DNA of 64,000 bases from Capsulimonadaceae bacterium (GTDB lineage: Bacteria; Armatimonadota; Armatimonadia; Armatimonadales; Capsulimonadaceae): NCBI GenBank assembly GCA_965215505.1, contig OZ244065.1, forward strand, positions 5,216,001 through 5,280,000, given 5' to 3'. The translations under genes were made by a program, and so were the position numbers. A model generated the notes under the pieces. It was not told the DNA's origin, did not search any database, and was given only the letters and a program-made list of their open reading frames with translations. This document shows positions 18,442 through 27,794 of this stretch, one piece after another (the first letter of the stretch is position 1; each line of letters begins with the position of its first letter).

Positions 18442-18948
18442 TCAAACAAGGCGCGTGATTTCGGGGCGGGGTGCCCGGAGGTAGACATGAGGCAAAATGG
18501 CCGTCAGCGGCATGGCGCGGATGCCGCGTTCCGTGTTCAACACCACCTGTATTTCAGGGCAGTAATCCATCAAGATTTGCCGGCACCGTCCGCATGGCGC
18601 AATCACGCCGCGTTCCCTATCGGCCACGGCGACAATCGCCAGCGGCTTCGTGCCGCCGCCGTCAGACACCATCCGAGCCAGTGCCACGATCTCCGCACAG
18701 GGCCCACCAGTGAAGTGGTACAAGTTCATGCCGCTGTAGATCAAACCGTCCTCTGCATAGAGAGACGCCGCGACCGTGTGATTGTCCCCGTCACCACTCC
18801 GCGCCAGCGTCTCCGACGCCGAACGAACCATTTTCTCGATGATATGCTGGTCAGGAAAGGCCCCCGCGCCGCGCGGAGAGGTCATGCTGCTGCCGTCGGT
18901 TTCTGGATCAGTATGAACGTGGGTGTCCTGGCTGGTGTCATCTGCCAA
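18442..18948 (-). CDS. Cytidine deaminase, blasticidin-S deaminase-like
   Basis: [14 protein letters not shown] and PCGRCRQ (3-Cys zinc site); start codon uncertain. Confidence 0.85.
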   Translation of the reverse strand: [168 protein letters not shown]

Positions 18949-19056
18949 GGAGGTGTCGCTCCGGGTTCTGGGAAGTTGGATTTATTGTAGCATATCCCGC
19001 CCATCTTGGGTATAGGAAAATCGGAACCCTGGCGATTAGACTGGTGTTACACGATT

Positions 19057-21336
19057 ATGCCTATCCTAGAGACTCCCCCCGACTCAGTGCAAGAAGTCCT
19101 GCGCGCCCCCCGGCGCGACGACAACGCGCAGGCTTATACGCCGGAGCCACGCCTCTCCCTCCCTGCCGACATCCTGCCTGATGGGCGGTATGGGGAGAGG
19201 TGGCTGGTCGTGGACCAGACGCATCTGCGCGTGCTGACGACGCAGAAGAGCGGCCCGGCCCTGGTGGACTTGGACACGCCCCTGAGCGAGCTGAAGGAGG
19301 CGCGCGCCGAAACCCTCGTCGGCAGCGGCGTCCTGCGGCTCGTCCGCCGGGACGGGCAGGTCGTGGAGGCCGTCCGCTACAGCCTCGCCGCCGCGCCCGC
19401 CTTTGGGACGGCGGCGCGCATCCTGGAATCCTGGCTGAAGGAAGAAGAGCCGTCCGATTCGCTGTACGCCGAGTTTGAAAAGCAGAAGAAGAACTGCGGC
19501 AAGTGCGGCGACCCGCTGCCGGAAGACACCAACGTCTGCCCCAAGTGCGTGGACCGCAAGGCCGTCCTGATGCGGCTGCTCTCCTACGCGCTGCCCTACA
19601 AGGCCCGCGTTTTCCTCGTCACGTTCCTCATGCTGGCCGGCACCGCCATCAGCCTGCTGCCGCCGATCCTCAACAAGCGCCTCGTGGACGATGTACTGAT
19701 TCCCCATCGCCACCTGTCCTGGATTGGCCTGATCGTGCTGTCCCTGATCGGGGCAAACGTGCTGGGCATCGCGGTCAGCGTGTGGCGCGGGCGGATCGTC
19801 GTCTGGATGTCAAACCACATGGTCCATACGATCCGGGTACAGGCCTATGACCGGCTCCAGTCCTTGTCGCTGGGCTACTACGACAAGCGGCAGACCGGCT
19901 CGCTGATGTCGCGCGTGACCCAGGACGTGGGCGAGCTTCAGGACTTTCTGGTCCAGGGCATCACATTCTTCCTGGTCAACACGCTTATCATCGTCGGCAT
20001 CCTGGTCGCCCTGCTGGTCTACGATTGGAAATTAACCCTGCTCGTGCTGATCCCCGTGCCGCTGACCGTCATCGCCACGCGGATGATCTGGCGGCTCCTG
20101 CGGACGCGCTGGCAGCGGCTCTGGCACCTGCGCGGCAACCTCTCGGCCAGCATCAACGCCGCCATCTCGGGCGTCCGGGTCGTCAAGGCGTTCGCCCAGG
20201 AGTCCCGCGAGGCGACGCGGTTCCGCGCCAAGTCGCGCGCCCTATTTGAAGCGAATGTCGTGGTGCAGCAGGCCTGGAACACCTACTTCCCGGTTCTGTC
20301 GTTCCTGACCACCATCGGCGTCTTCATCATCTGGTTCTACGGTGGCCGGGAGGTCTTCGCCAACACGACCAACTCGACGCACGCCATGACATTGGGAACG
20401 CTGACTCTGTTCATCTCCTACATCGGGATGCTGATGGGGCCGTTGCAGCAGATGACCCAGATCGCCGACTGGCTTTCGCGCTCCACCGCGAGTGCCGAGC
20501 GCGTCTTTGAGGTCATCGACGCCGAGCCGGAGATCGCCGACAAGGGGGACGCGGTCGCCCTGCCCCGCATCGAGGGCCACGTCGAGATGAAGTCGGTCCG
20601 GTTCTCCTACGACAAGAACCAGAGTACGCTGGAAGACGTTTCCATAGACGTCCAGCCGGGCGAGATGATCGGGCTGGTCGGCCACTCGGGCGCGGGCAAA
20701 AGCACCATCATCAACCTGCTCTCGCGGTTCTATGACGTGAAAGACGGCCAGATATTGATAGACGGCGTGGACATCCGCCGCATCAAGATGGACGACCTGC
20801 GCCGCCAGATCGGCGTCGTCTTGCAGGAGCCGTTCCTGTTCCCCGGCACCATCAGCGACAACATCGCCTATGCCAAGCCGGACGCCTCGCCCGAGGAGAT
20901 CATGCAGGCCGCCAAGGCGGCCAACGCCCACGACTTCGTGATGCGCTTTCCCGATGGCTACGACACCTATGTCGGCGAGCGCGGTGCGCGGCTCTCGGGC
21001 GGCGAGCGGCAGCGGTTGTCCATCGCCCGCGCCATTCTGCACAACCCGCGCATCCTGATTCTGGACGAGGCGACTGCCTCGGTGGACACCGAGACGGAGA
21101 AGCAGATTCAGGAAGCCATGTCCCGCCTGATCGAAGGCCGGACGACCTTCGCCATCGCGCACCGCCTGTCTACCCTGCGGAACGCCAGCCGTCTAATGGT
21201 GATGGAGAAGGGCAAGCTGGTGGAAATGGGAACACACGACGAGCTGATGGAGAAGCCGGAAGGCGTCTTCCGCCGCCTGGTCAACATGCAGCAGGACGTA
21301 AACAAGCTCCGAGAGAACATGATGGGAGGGCAGTGA
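19057..21336 (+). CDS. ABC transporter permease/ATPase with N-terminal extension and zinc ribbon
   Basis: CGKC..CPKC, TM domain, GHSGAGKS, LSGGERQR, ILDEATA. Confidence 0.93.
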   Translation: MPILETPPDSVQEVLRAPRRDDNAQAYTPEPRLSLPADILPDGRYGERWLVVDQTHLRVLTTQKSGPALVDLDTPLSELKEARAETLVGSGVLRLVRRDGQVVEAVRYSLAAAPAFGTAARILESWLKEEEPSDSLYAEFEKQKKNCGKCGDPLPEDTNVCPKCVDRKAVLMRLLSYALPYKARVFLVTFLMLAGTAISLLPPILNKRLVDDVLIPHRHLSWIGLIVLSLIGANVLGIAVSVWRGRIVVWMSNHMVHTIRVQAYDRLQSLSLGYYDKRQTGSLMSRVTQDVGELQDFLVQGITFFLVNTLIIVGILVALLVYDWKLTLLVLIPVPLTVIATRMIWRLLRTRWQRLWHLRGNLSASINAAISGVRVVKAFAQESREATRFRAKSRALFEANVVVQQAWNTYFPVLSFLTTIGVFIIWFYGGREVFANTTNSTHAMTLGTLTLFISYIGMLMGPLQQMTQIADWLSRSTASAERVFEVIDAEPEIADKGDAVALPRIEGHVEMKSVRFSYDKNQSTLEDVSIDVQPGEMIGLVGHSGAGKSTIINLLSRFYDVKDGQILIDGVDIRRIKMDDLRRQIGVVLQEPFLFPGTISDNIAYAKPDASPEEIMQAAKAANAHDFVMRFPDGYDTYVGERGARLSGGERQRLSIARAILHNPRILILDEATASVDTETEKQIQEAMSRLIEGRTTFAIAHRLSTLRNASRLMVMEKGKLVEMGTHDELMEKPEGVFRRLVNMQQDVNKLRENMMGGQ

Positions 21337-21339
21337 CAC

Positions 21340-21885
21340 ATGGCCGTCTATGAGGCACCTACTCAAATCGCCGATGAGGAAATCAACCCCTTCGCCATCC
21401 GCTTCCTGGAAGTCAACACCGTGCGGCTGTTCCGGACGCACCCCGAGGACTCGACAGTCCGCCTGACCATCGAGGGCGACCGGTCCTGGCGCGAGGTGCG
21501 AATAGCCCGCGCCTTCCCGTTCTCGAACCCGGACCGCTACATCGGCCTGCGGGACGGCGACGATAAAGACATCGGCATCCTGACGACTCTGAACGGGCTG
21601 GACGAGCGTTCGCGCACCATTATCAATGAAGAACTGGAACGCCGCTACTTTACGCCCCGCATCGAGCGTGTCCTGAAGGTGGACGAAGAGTTCGGGGTCG
21701 TGACCTGGGAGGTGGAGACGGACCGCGGCCCACGCCGCTTCCTGGTCCGCAACCTGCGCGACAGCACCTTCCCGCTGGGCGCAAACCGCCTGATGATGAC
21801 CGACACCGACGGCAACCGCTACGAGTTCCCCGACGTCAGCGCGGTCGGGGCGAAAGCCATGACGGTGCTGTCCAAGGTGCTGTGA
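21340..21885 (+). CDS. DUF1854 family protein
   Basis: RAFPFSNPDRYI, ELERRYFTPRI, WEVETDRG, DTDGNRY; usual partner of this ABC type. Confidence 0.85.
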   Translation: MAVYEAPTQIADEEINPFAIRFLEVNTVRLFRTHPEDSTVRLTIEGDRSWREVRIARAFPFSNPDRYIGLRDGDDKDIGILTTLNGLDERSRTIINEELERRYFTPRIERVLKVDEEFGVVTWEVETDRGPRRFLVRNLRDSTFPLGANRLMMTDTDGNRYEFPDVSAVGAKAMTVLSKVL

Positions 21886-21891
21886 CATGAC

Positions 21892-21930
21892 AAAAGAAGG
21901 CCCGGCGTCTGAGACGCCGGGCCTTTTCTC
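21892..21930. terminator. Bidirectional intrinsic terminator
   Basis: AAGGCCCGGCGTC-TGA-GACGCCGGGCCTT flanked by A and T runs between convergent genes. Confidence 0.85.
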
Positions 21931-21949
21931 GTTTGTGTCGTCCGCGGCT

Positions 21950-22108
21950 CTACACCGAGCGGCGGCCGGTCAAGAACTGGTACAGGAACACGATCACGGC
22001 GATGACGAGTAGGGCGTGGATGATCGGGCTGGCGACGTGGGCGAACAAAAATCCGATGATCCACATGACCACCAACACGGCCCCGATGATGTATAACAGG
22101 TTTCCCAT
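21950..22108 (-). CDS. lmo0937-family (DUF5670-like) small membrane protein, 52 aa, absent from ORF track
   Basis: MGNLLYIIGAVLVVMWIIGFLFAHVASPIIHALLVIAVIVFLYQFLTGRRSV; AAGGAG RBS. Confidence 0.85.
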   Translation of the reverse strand: MGNLLYIIGAVLVVMWIIGFLFAHVASPIIHALLVIAVIVFLYQFLTGRRSV

Positions 22109-22149
22109 TGCGCTGTTTCTCCTTAGCTTAGTAGCATCATCATTCCCAA

Positions 22150-22872
22150 TTATTGTTGAACTAAACCATCCAAGTCTGCCGTTCCTTGTAACACTAAGCG
22201 GCCATGTTCCACCCCTGACCTGGTAATTGTAAGTGGAGCCTTCAATCCCGAGAGGCTGATGACCGGGTTCAGTGCCTCCACCGCCAGGTTCACCAGGCCC
22301 ACCGGCAGGGGAACGACGCCGACCTGGGCACCTTGCGTGACGAAATCCAGGCGACTCGGATCGTCGGCGTTGGGGGTGAAAGTGCCCGCGAGTGCCGCCG
22401 TCGTGTGCAGGCCGAGGAACGTCACCGGGACCCGCGCCTCGACGGTGTTCTCCCGCAGGGTCACGACGAGGCCCGGCAGGAGCGGTTTGGATTGTGCCAG
22501 ATAAGCCGTCAGATGCTCCTGGTCCATCGTCGCCGAGAACCGCGTCACGCCCACATGGGACAGCCGCCGCGTCTTCCTGTCGAACGACACGTCCTCAGCA
22601 TCCGCGTTCAATGTGTCCAGCGTAAGGCGCGGCGAAACCTGCACGTCAAGGCCCTGGAGGTGGACGCCACGCGCCCGCCCACGGGCGAGTGCGAAAGGGT
22701 CCCCGTCCACCTGCACGTCGTAATGGGCGGCCGGACCCAGGACCGAGGGCAGGGCGTCGGCGATCTTGTGGGCCGCCGTCTCCTGGACCGGGTGGCCGCA
22801 GCCCCAGAGGGCCGCGCCGGCGGCCAGGACGGCGAGCCGGCTAAACGTGTGCGGCAGGTGCTTTGGGATCAT
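22150..22872 (-). CDS. LmeA/DUF2993-like lipoprotein
   Basis: Lipobox-like LWGC; beta-rich LARGRARGVHLQG...MDQEHLTAYL pattern. Confidence 0.65.
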   Translation of the reverse strand: MIPKHLPHTFSRLAVLAAGAALWGCGHPVQETAAHKIADALPSVLGPAAHYDVQVDGDPFALARGRARGVHLQGLDVQVSPRLTLDTLNADAEDVSFDRKTRRLSHVGVTRFSATMDQEHLTAYLAQSKPLLPGLVVTLRENTVEARVPVTFLGLHTTAALAGTFTPNADDPSRLDFVTQGAQVGVVPLPVGLVNLAVEALNPVISLSGLKAPLTITRSGVEHGRLVLQGTADLDGLVQQ

Positions 22873-23347
22873 AGGTGCTTAAAACGATGACGCTGTCCGC
22901 GCCGATGGTCTGCACTTCGGAAATGGCGAGCTGCGGCTTGCCGTGCAGGGCGTTGTCCAATAGGCCCGTCGCCAGCAGCAAATAGGGGACGGTCAGGGCG
23001 TCCGTATCCACGGCGACATCGGCGACTCTGCCCAGGACGGTCCCCGCCTGGTTCAAGACCGGGCGGCCGTCGAGCGGCTTGGAGGCGAACTCTCCGGCCC
23101 CCAGGGGGGCGGCTTCGACCAGAGCCTCTTCACCGGTGATCGTCAGTGCATCCGCGCCCAGCCCCTTCACCTGCCCGGCAGGCAGGAACCTGGCTTTAGA
23201 AAACATGCCGCCCCGGTCTATGAGGAAGCCGGACACCGCCCCGGTCGCCGCCAGGAAGACGACATCGGCGATGCGGCCCAGCCGCTCCCCGCCGGTCAAT
23301 GTCACCACCGCAAGCCCCGCGAGTTCCCGCCCCGTTTTCACTGCCAT
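22841..23347 (-). CDS. Double PRC-barrel domain protein
   Basis: Two copies of G..V....G..LGR.ADV....IGAD; start MAVKTG with AAGGA RBS. Confidence 0.85.
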   Translation of the reverse strand: MAVKTGRELAGLAVVTLTGGERLGRIADVVFLAATGAVSGFLIDRGGMFSKARFLPAGQVKGLGADALTITGEEALVEAAPLGAGEFASKPLDGRPVLNQAGTVLGRVADVAVDTDALTVPYLLLATGLLDNALHGKPQLAISEVQTIGADSVIVLSTYDPKAPAAHV

Positions 23348-23376
23348 CGGCGTCTGTTCCTTCTTGTCCCTGCCCC

Positions 23377-23402
23377 GTAGGGGCGAACCTTGTGTTCGCC
23401 CT
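23377..23402 (+). repeat. Single GTAG-type REP palindrome
   Basis: GTAG-GGGCGAAC-CTTGT-GTTCGCCC-T. Confidence 0.7.
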
Positions 23403-23453
23403 TCTGCTCTCCGCCCTTCCGCTCCTGCACTTAATGCCGGGAGATGTGGCGCG

Positions 23454-23924
23454 TCAATCCTTATCGCCCGCAAAGATGTCCGCGATCTCGCCTGCCGTGG
23501 TCAGCCGCGCCAGCCGGATCTCGTACAACTCCAGGCCGACCGCCCCGGCCACCAAAATCAGGCCGATCAGCAGCGTCCCGACCCCGATGGGGCCGATGCG
23601 GGCGGCACGGGAAGACAGCAGGACAACGACCACGGTGACGATAAACGCCAATAGGGCCAGCGACAGCAGCGTACTCGCCCCCCACAACGCATTGATTCGC
23701 TGATGAAACAGGGGGATCTGCCGCCGCAGGCTCGCCCGCCTCTCCGCCTTTGTCCCTTCGGCGCGGTACTCCGCCGTCAGCCTTCGCATCTGGTCGGCGA
23801 CGCCGCTGTACTTGGAGGTGTACCCGGACAGCAGGATCGCCGTCGTCGTGATGAGCGCGGCGGGTCCGACCGCGCTCCCGATGGCGCTGATGACCGTGGG
23901 TGCCTGTGCGAGCGTCTGTGGCAT
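23454..23924 (-). CDS. DUF2721-family membrane protein
   Basis: AVGPAALITTTAILL...Y..VADQMRRL; three TM segments. Confidence 0.7.
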   Translation of the reverse strand: MPQTLAQAPTVISAIGSAVGPAALITTTAILLSGYTSKYSGVADQMRRLTAEYRAEGTKAERRASLRRQIPLFHQRINALWGASTLLSLALLAFIVTVVVVLLSSRAARIGPIGVGTLLIGLILVAGAVGLELYEIRLARLTTAGEIADIFAGDKD

Positions 23925-23928
23925 CCGT

Positions 23929-24780
23929 TCATCCTTTCGGGTGTATCGTCAAAACCGTCACTTCCGGCGGGCAGCAGAAGCGCATCTGCGGTCCCATCAT
24001 CCCGACGCCGCGCGTGGTGTAGACGGGGTGGTGCCTGGCCTGATTCAAGCCTTCCGGGTACTTGCGCCCGAACTCCGGATAGTGGGCCGCCACGCCGGGC
24101 AGGCGGATCTGGCCGCCGTGCGAGTGGCCGGAAAGCTGCAAGGCGAAGCCGGGCGGTGCCATGTCGGCGTAATCCGGCTCGTGCATCAGAAAAAGCTTGA
24201 CGGCATCGGCGGGGACGCCCGCCATCGCCTGGAAAGGCTTCTCGGCCCGCGCGCTGCACGAGTCCACCCCGACCAGCCACGCGCCCGGCACGCCCGGCAG
24301 GGGAACAGACCCATTCCGCAGGACCGTGAACCCGACCCGCCGCAGTTCCTGCGTGACCTCCTCCGGCCCGGCCCAGTCGTGGTTGCCCAGGACGGCGAAG
24401 ACGCCATGCCTGACTGCGGCCAGCGGTGCCAGCGCGTCCGCACACGCGGCGGCCCAGACGACCCCGTGCCGGTCCGAGATGTAGTCGCCGGTCAGAAAGA
24501 CCACGTCCGGCTTCTGTGCCAGCAGCAGGCGCGCGGCACGGTCGGCACGGGCGACGGCGGCCTCGCTCTGGCAGTGCAGGTCACTGAGCTGGCCGATCCG
24601 AAGGCCCGCCGCCGCTTTAGGCCAGCCGGCGAGGGAAACCGCCTGATGCACGATCTGCGGGTGGTCCGGCTCCCAGTCGGAGGCGTAGACGCCCGGCCCC
24701 AGCACGGCGACCGCGCCGACGGCCGCCGTCTTCAGGAACCGACGCCGGGAGGGGGAAAACGGTTTGCTTGGTCTTCTCAT
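23929..24780 (-). CDS. Tat-exported metallophosphoesterase
   Basis: SRRRFLK signal; SDLH, TGDY, LGNHD, MHEPD, SGHSHGGQ; start overlaps MFS stop. Confidence 0.9.
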   Translation of the reverse strand: MRRPSKPFSPSRRRFLKTAAVGAVAVLGPGVYASDWEPDHPQIVHQAVSLAGWPKAAAGLRIGQLSDLHCQSEAAVARADRAARLLLAQKPDVVFLTGDYISDRHGVVWAAACADALAPLAAVRHGVFAVLGNHDWAGPEEVTQELRRVGFTVLRNGSVPLPGVPGAWLVGVDSCSARAEKPFQAMAGVPADAVKLFLMHEPDYADMAPPGFALQLSGHSHGGQIRLPGVAAHYPEFGRKYPEGLNQARHHPVYTTRGVGMMGPQMRFCCPPEVTVLTIHPKG

Positions 24781-26069
24781 GGGCTGGGGGCTACGCCTTC
24801 CGCGCCCAACGGCGGGACCGGGGCGATCACTTCCATCATCTCCCGCCGCCGGGCCAGCGCGAATACGAAGCAGAGGCTCATCACCAGGCCCGCGCACCAG
24901 TACGGCGCGGCCATTCCGACGTGCTTGTACAGGTAGCCCGCCGTGGCCGGGCCGGTCGCGCGGGCGAGGCTGTCGAACGAGGCAGACAAGCCCAGGGCCG
25001 CCCCCTGGGCGGTCGCCCGGCGTGAGATCAGGGACCGGATGCAGGGCGCGTTCAGCCCGTTGCCGATGGAGATCGGGAGCATCGGCCCGATCAGCAGGAG
25101 GGAGAGGACCGGGGCGAACGGGAACGCCAGAAAGCCGAGCGCCATCAGGCCGATGCCGGCGACCACCAGCGTCGGCTCGCCGAAGCGTTTCACCAGCCGC
25201 CGAATGAGAAAACCCTGGATGACGACGATCAGGATGCCGACGTAGGCGAAAACGTAGCCCGCGACGGCGATGCTGTCGGCATACTGGAAGTGCTGTTTCA
25301 GGTAGGCCGTGAACGTCCCCTCCAAGTTGGCGAAGGCGAACGTCACCGCGAACGTCAGCAGATACAAGAACCCGATCGGCCCGCGCACCGCCTGCGTCAT
25401 CAGGCCCAGCCGGGACGTCAGCGATGCCGACGGGCTTCCCGCCGCTTGGGGCGCGCGCTCCGGCTCGGGCAAATAGCGCGCGATGTAGGCCATGTTCGCC
25501 AGGGCCAGCAGTGCCGAGAGATACAGCGGCCAGGCCAAATGGTGTGAGCCGATCAGCCCGCCGACGGCGGGGCCGATGACGAACCCGAACCCGAAGGCCG
25601 CGCCGATGTAGCCCAGGCCCATCGCCCGCAGATGCGGCGGCGTGATGTCGGCGGCATACGCCTGGGCGACGGCCAGTGACGCCGAGGAGAAGATGCCCGC
25701 CAGTATCCGGGCCGCGAACTGCCCGTAAATGCTGTGCGTGGACAGGCCGAAGAGCGTGTAAAAGACGGCGTCCCCGACCAGCGACCCGATCAGGATCGGC
25801 TTGCGGCCCACGCGGTCCGAGAGCCGCCCCCAGAAGGGCGCGAACAGGAACTGCATCAGGGCGTAGCTCGCGCCGAGCCAGCCGCCGTACTCGCCGATGC
25901 GCCGGTCCTGTGGATCCGCGAGGTGCATGCCGCCCTGCACATAGTCGGGGATCAGCGGGATGATGACGCTGAAGCCCAGCACGTTGATCATGACCGCCAG
26001 GGCGAGCAGGGCCAGCATGATGTGCATCCGGCGGTCTTCAGGACTGAGCGCCTTCTTGGGTTCGGCCAT
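24777..26069 (-). CDS. MFS transporter (TetA/DHA1-like)
   Basis: GRLSDRVGRK motif A, GFVIGPAVGG motif C, multiple TM segments. Confidence 0.92.
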   Translation of the reverse strand: MAEPKKALSPEDRRMHIMLALLALAVMINVLGFSVIIPLIPDYVQGGMHLADPQDRRIGEYGGWLGASYALMQFLFAPFWGRLSDRVGRKPILIGSLVGDAVFYTLFGLSTHSIYGQFAARILAGIFSSASLAVAQAYAADITPPHLRAMGLGYIGAAFGFGFVIGPAVGGLIGSHHLAWPLYLSALLALANMAYIARYLPEPERAPQAAGSPSASLTSRLGLMTQAVRGPIGFLYLLTFAVTFAFANLEGTFTAYLKQHFQYADSIAVAGYVFAYVGILIVVIQGFLIRRLVKRFGEPTLVVAGIGLMALGFLAFPFAPVLSLLLIGPMLPISIGNGLNAPCIRSLISRRATAQGAALGLSASFDSLARATGPATAGYLYKHVGMAAPYWCAGLVMSLCFVFALARRREMMEVIAPVPPLGAEGVAPSP

Positions 26070-26227
26070 CTAAAATCTAACTCTCCGTCGAAGATCGTGG
26101 GGCTGTGGTTCCCGTTAGTATACCCCAGACCGGCCTCCAGGAAAGAAGGAGTTGGGAACTGCCGCGTGGAACGTATGCCTGCTCTCTTCATCATGGCTTT
26201 ATTACGGCTTCATTTCGGAGGCGACAC

Positions 26228-27091
26228 ATGGCACAGGCTGACACGCCCGCAGGCGATCCGGGCGACGAGGAAGTACGGTATGATCTCGCAGGCAACCCCC
26301 TGCCGCCGAGGCCGAAGGCCGCCCCCGCCCCTCCGAGCGCCCCGCCGCCCGGCGGGTTCCTTGCCAGCCCTGCCTTCGCGCCGCCGCCCGCCTTCACCCC
26401 GCCTCCAGGATTTACGCCGCCGCCCGGCGCGGTTTCCCTGGCGCGTCCTGCGCCCGCCGCCCGGTCCGCGCCCGCCGGGCCTGCCCTCTACGGCGGGCTG
26501 GCGCTCACCGCCCTCGTCCTGTTCGGCCTCATCTTCGTCGTCCGCGCCCTGCGCCCCGTCACCGTGGCCGCGCCGACCGCCTACCGCACCTACACCGCCA
26601 TTGACAACACCTTCTCCTGCGACCGCCCCGTCGGCTGGACGATGCACGAAACCGGGGCCACGAGCGGTGCCGAGTCAACGGTGTCATTCGACAAGGGCCG
26701 GGTGCGCGTCCGCGTCATCTCCGACGCGGTCGGCTCGCTGATGGCGGACACCATGACCAGCAGCAGCGCCTCCCTGGAGTCGCTCCCCGGCATGCCCCCG
26801 CCGCCCCCGCCCATACCCCCCGTGGAGAAGCTGCACGCGATGGACAAGGCGCAGCTCGCCGCCGATCTGCCGGGCTACAAGGAGGGCGCGATGCAGAAGC
26901 TGGAGTCGCGCGTCGGCGACGCCCGCGTGTCCGAGTGGACCTCGGACGACAAGAAGCACGGCTACCGGGTGACCATGCTGGGCAGCCAGCGCGAGATGAC
27001 CGTCATCTGCATCGCGCCGGAGCGCGACTGGGCTGCCCTCAAGCCCGCCTTCCAGCGCATGATCGCGAGCGTCGCTCCGGGCAATGGGTGA
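26228..27091 (+). CDS. Hypothetical membrane-anchored protein (Pro-rich N-terminus, one TM)
   Basis: GGAGG RBS before ATG 26228; host-like codon usage. Confidence 0.75.
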   Translation: MAQADTPAGDPGDEEVRYDLAGNPLPPRPKAAPAPPSAPPPGGFLASPAFAPPPAFTPPPGFTPPPGAVSLARPAPAARSAPAGPALYGGLALTALVLFGLIFVVRALRPVTVAAPTAYRTYTAIDNTFSCDRPVGWTMHETGATSGAESTVSFDKGRVRVRVISDAVGSLMADTMTSSSASLESLPGMPPPPPPIPPVEKLHAMDKAQLAADLPGYKEGAMQKLESRVGDARVSEWTSDDKKHGYRVTMLGSQREMTVICIAPERDWAALKPAFQRMIASVAPGNG

Positions 27092-27106
27092 GGCGAGATC
27101 AAACAC

Positions 27107-27607
27107 ATGAAAACCTACGGCGTCAACTGGTTCCTGGTCTGGATGGGCTTGCTGATCTTATTCTGTCCGATCTACCTTTGGGCCGAGAACGTCCTGCTGC
27201 TACCCTGGCCCCATTTTGTGGCCCGCTCACAGCCGCCTATTCTCGTGCAGGCGCTCGGTCAATCCATCTGCTGGTCTATCTTCTATTACTACATCTACGG
27301 CAAAACCCTCGCAGACCCGAAGGCAGTCGAACGAGTGCGGCAGAGCTTTCAGCGGAGTGCGGCTGCTCGTTACCGCCGTCACCGCTGGGTCCTGACATGG
27401 GCAGTCATATTCGCACTGACCGGCATCACATCAGCCATCAGCAGGCTGATCTTCGGCCTGCCTTCCTGGTTGCAGGTGGTCGGTTATAGTCTGTTCGTGC
27501 CTTGCAGTTGTCTGGCGGCCGTGTGGTTGATAGACGAGGCGGCAAAGAGGGGGCAACTGGCGCAGCTTATGAAAGACGTGCAGGACGGGAGTAGAACGAG
27601 TGATTGA
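27107..27607 (+). CDS. Hypothetical 4-TM membrane protein
   Basis: Four hydrophobic segments; lower GC than flanks; stop codon lies inside a REP arm. Confidence 0.65.
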   Translation: MKTYGVNWFLVWMGLLILFCPIYLWAENVLLLPWPHFVARSQPPILVQALGQSICWSIFYYYIYGKTLADPKAVERVRQSFQRSAAARYRRHRWVLTWAVIFALTGITSAISRLIFGLPSWLQVVGYSLFVPCSCLAAVWLIDEAAKRGQLAQLMKDVQDGSRTSD

Positions 27608-27725
27608 AATCACTCGCTACCGCCGGACCTGTCCAGAGGACAGAAGACAGGACATCTTGACGGCCTCTGCCGTTCTCGCGTCCCCTGGACGCTTCCAACC
27701 GCAGCGAGTGAATTCATTCACTCGT
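27596..27725. repeat. REP-like inverted doublet, family A
   Basis: ACGAGTGATTGAAATCACTCGCTAC (27596-27620) and GCAGCGAGTGAATTCATTCACTCGT (27701-27725); internal hairpins CTGTCC-AGA-GGACAG and GCGTCC-CCT-GGACGC. Confidence 0.75.
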
Positions 27726-27794
27726 CTCACCCCTGCCCTCTCCATCTCGGCGTGCCGGTGCCAAACGTAACTCGATACAAGAGGCCATCATCCC

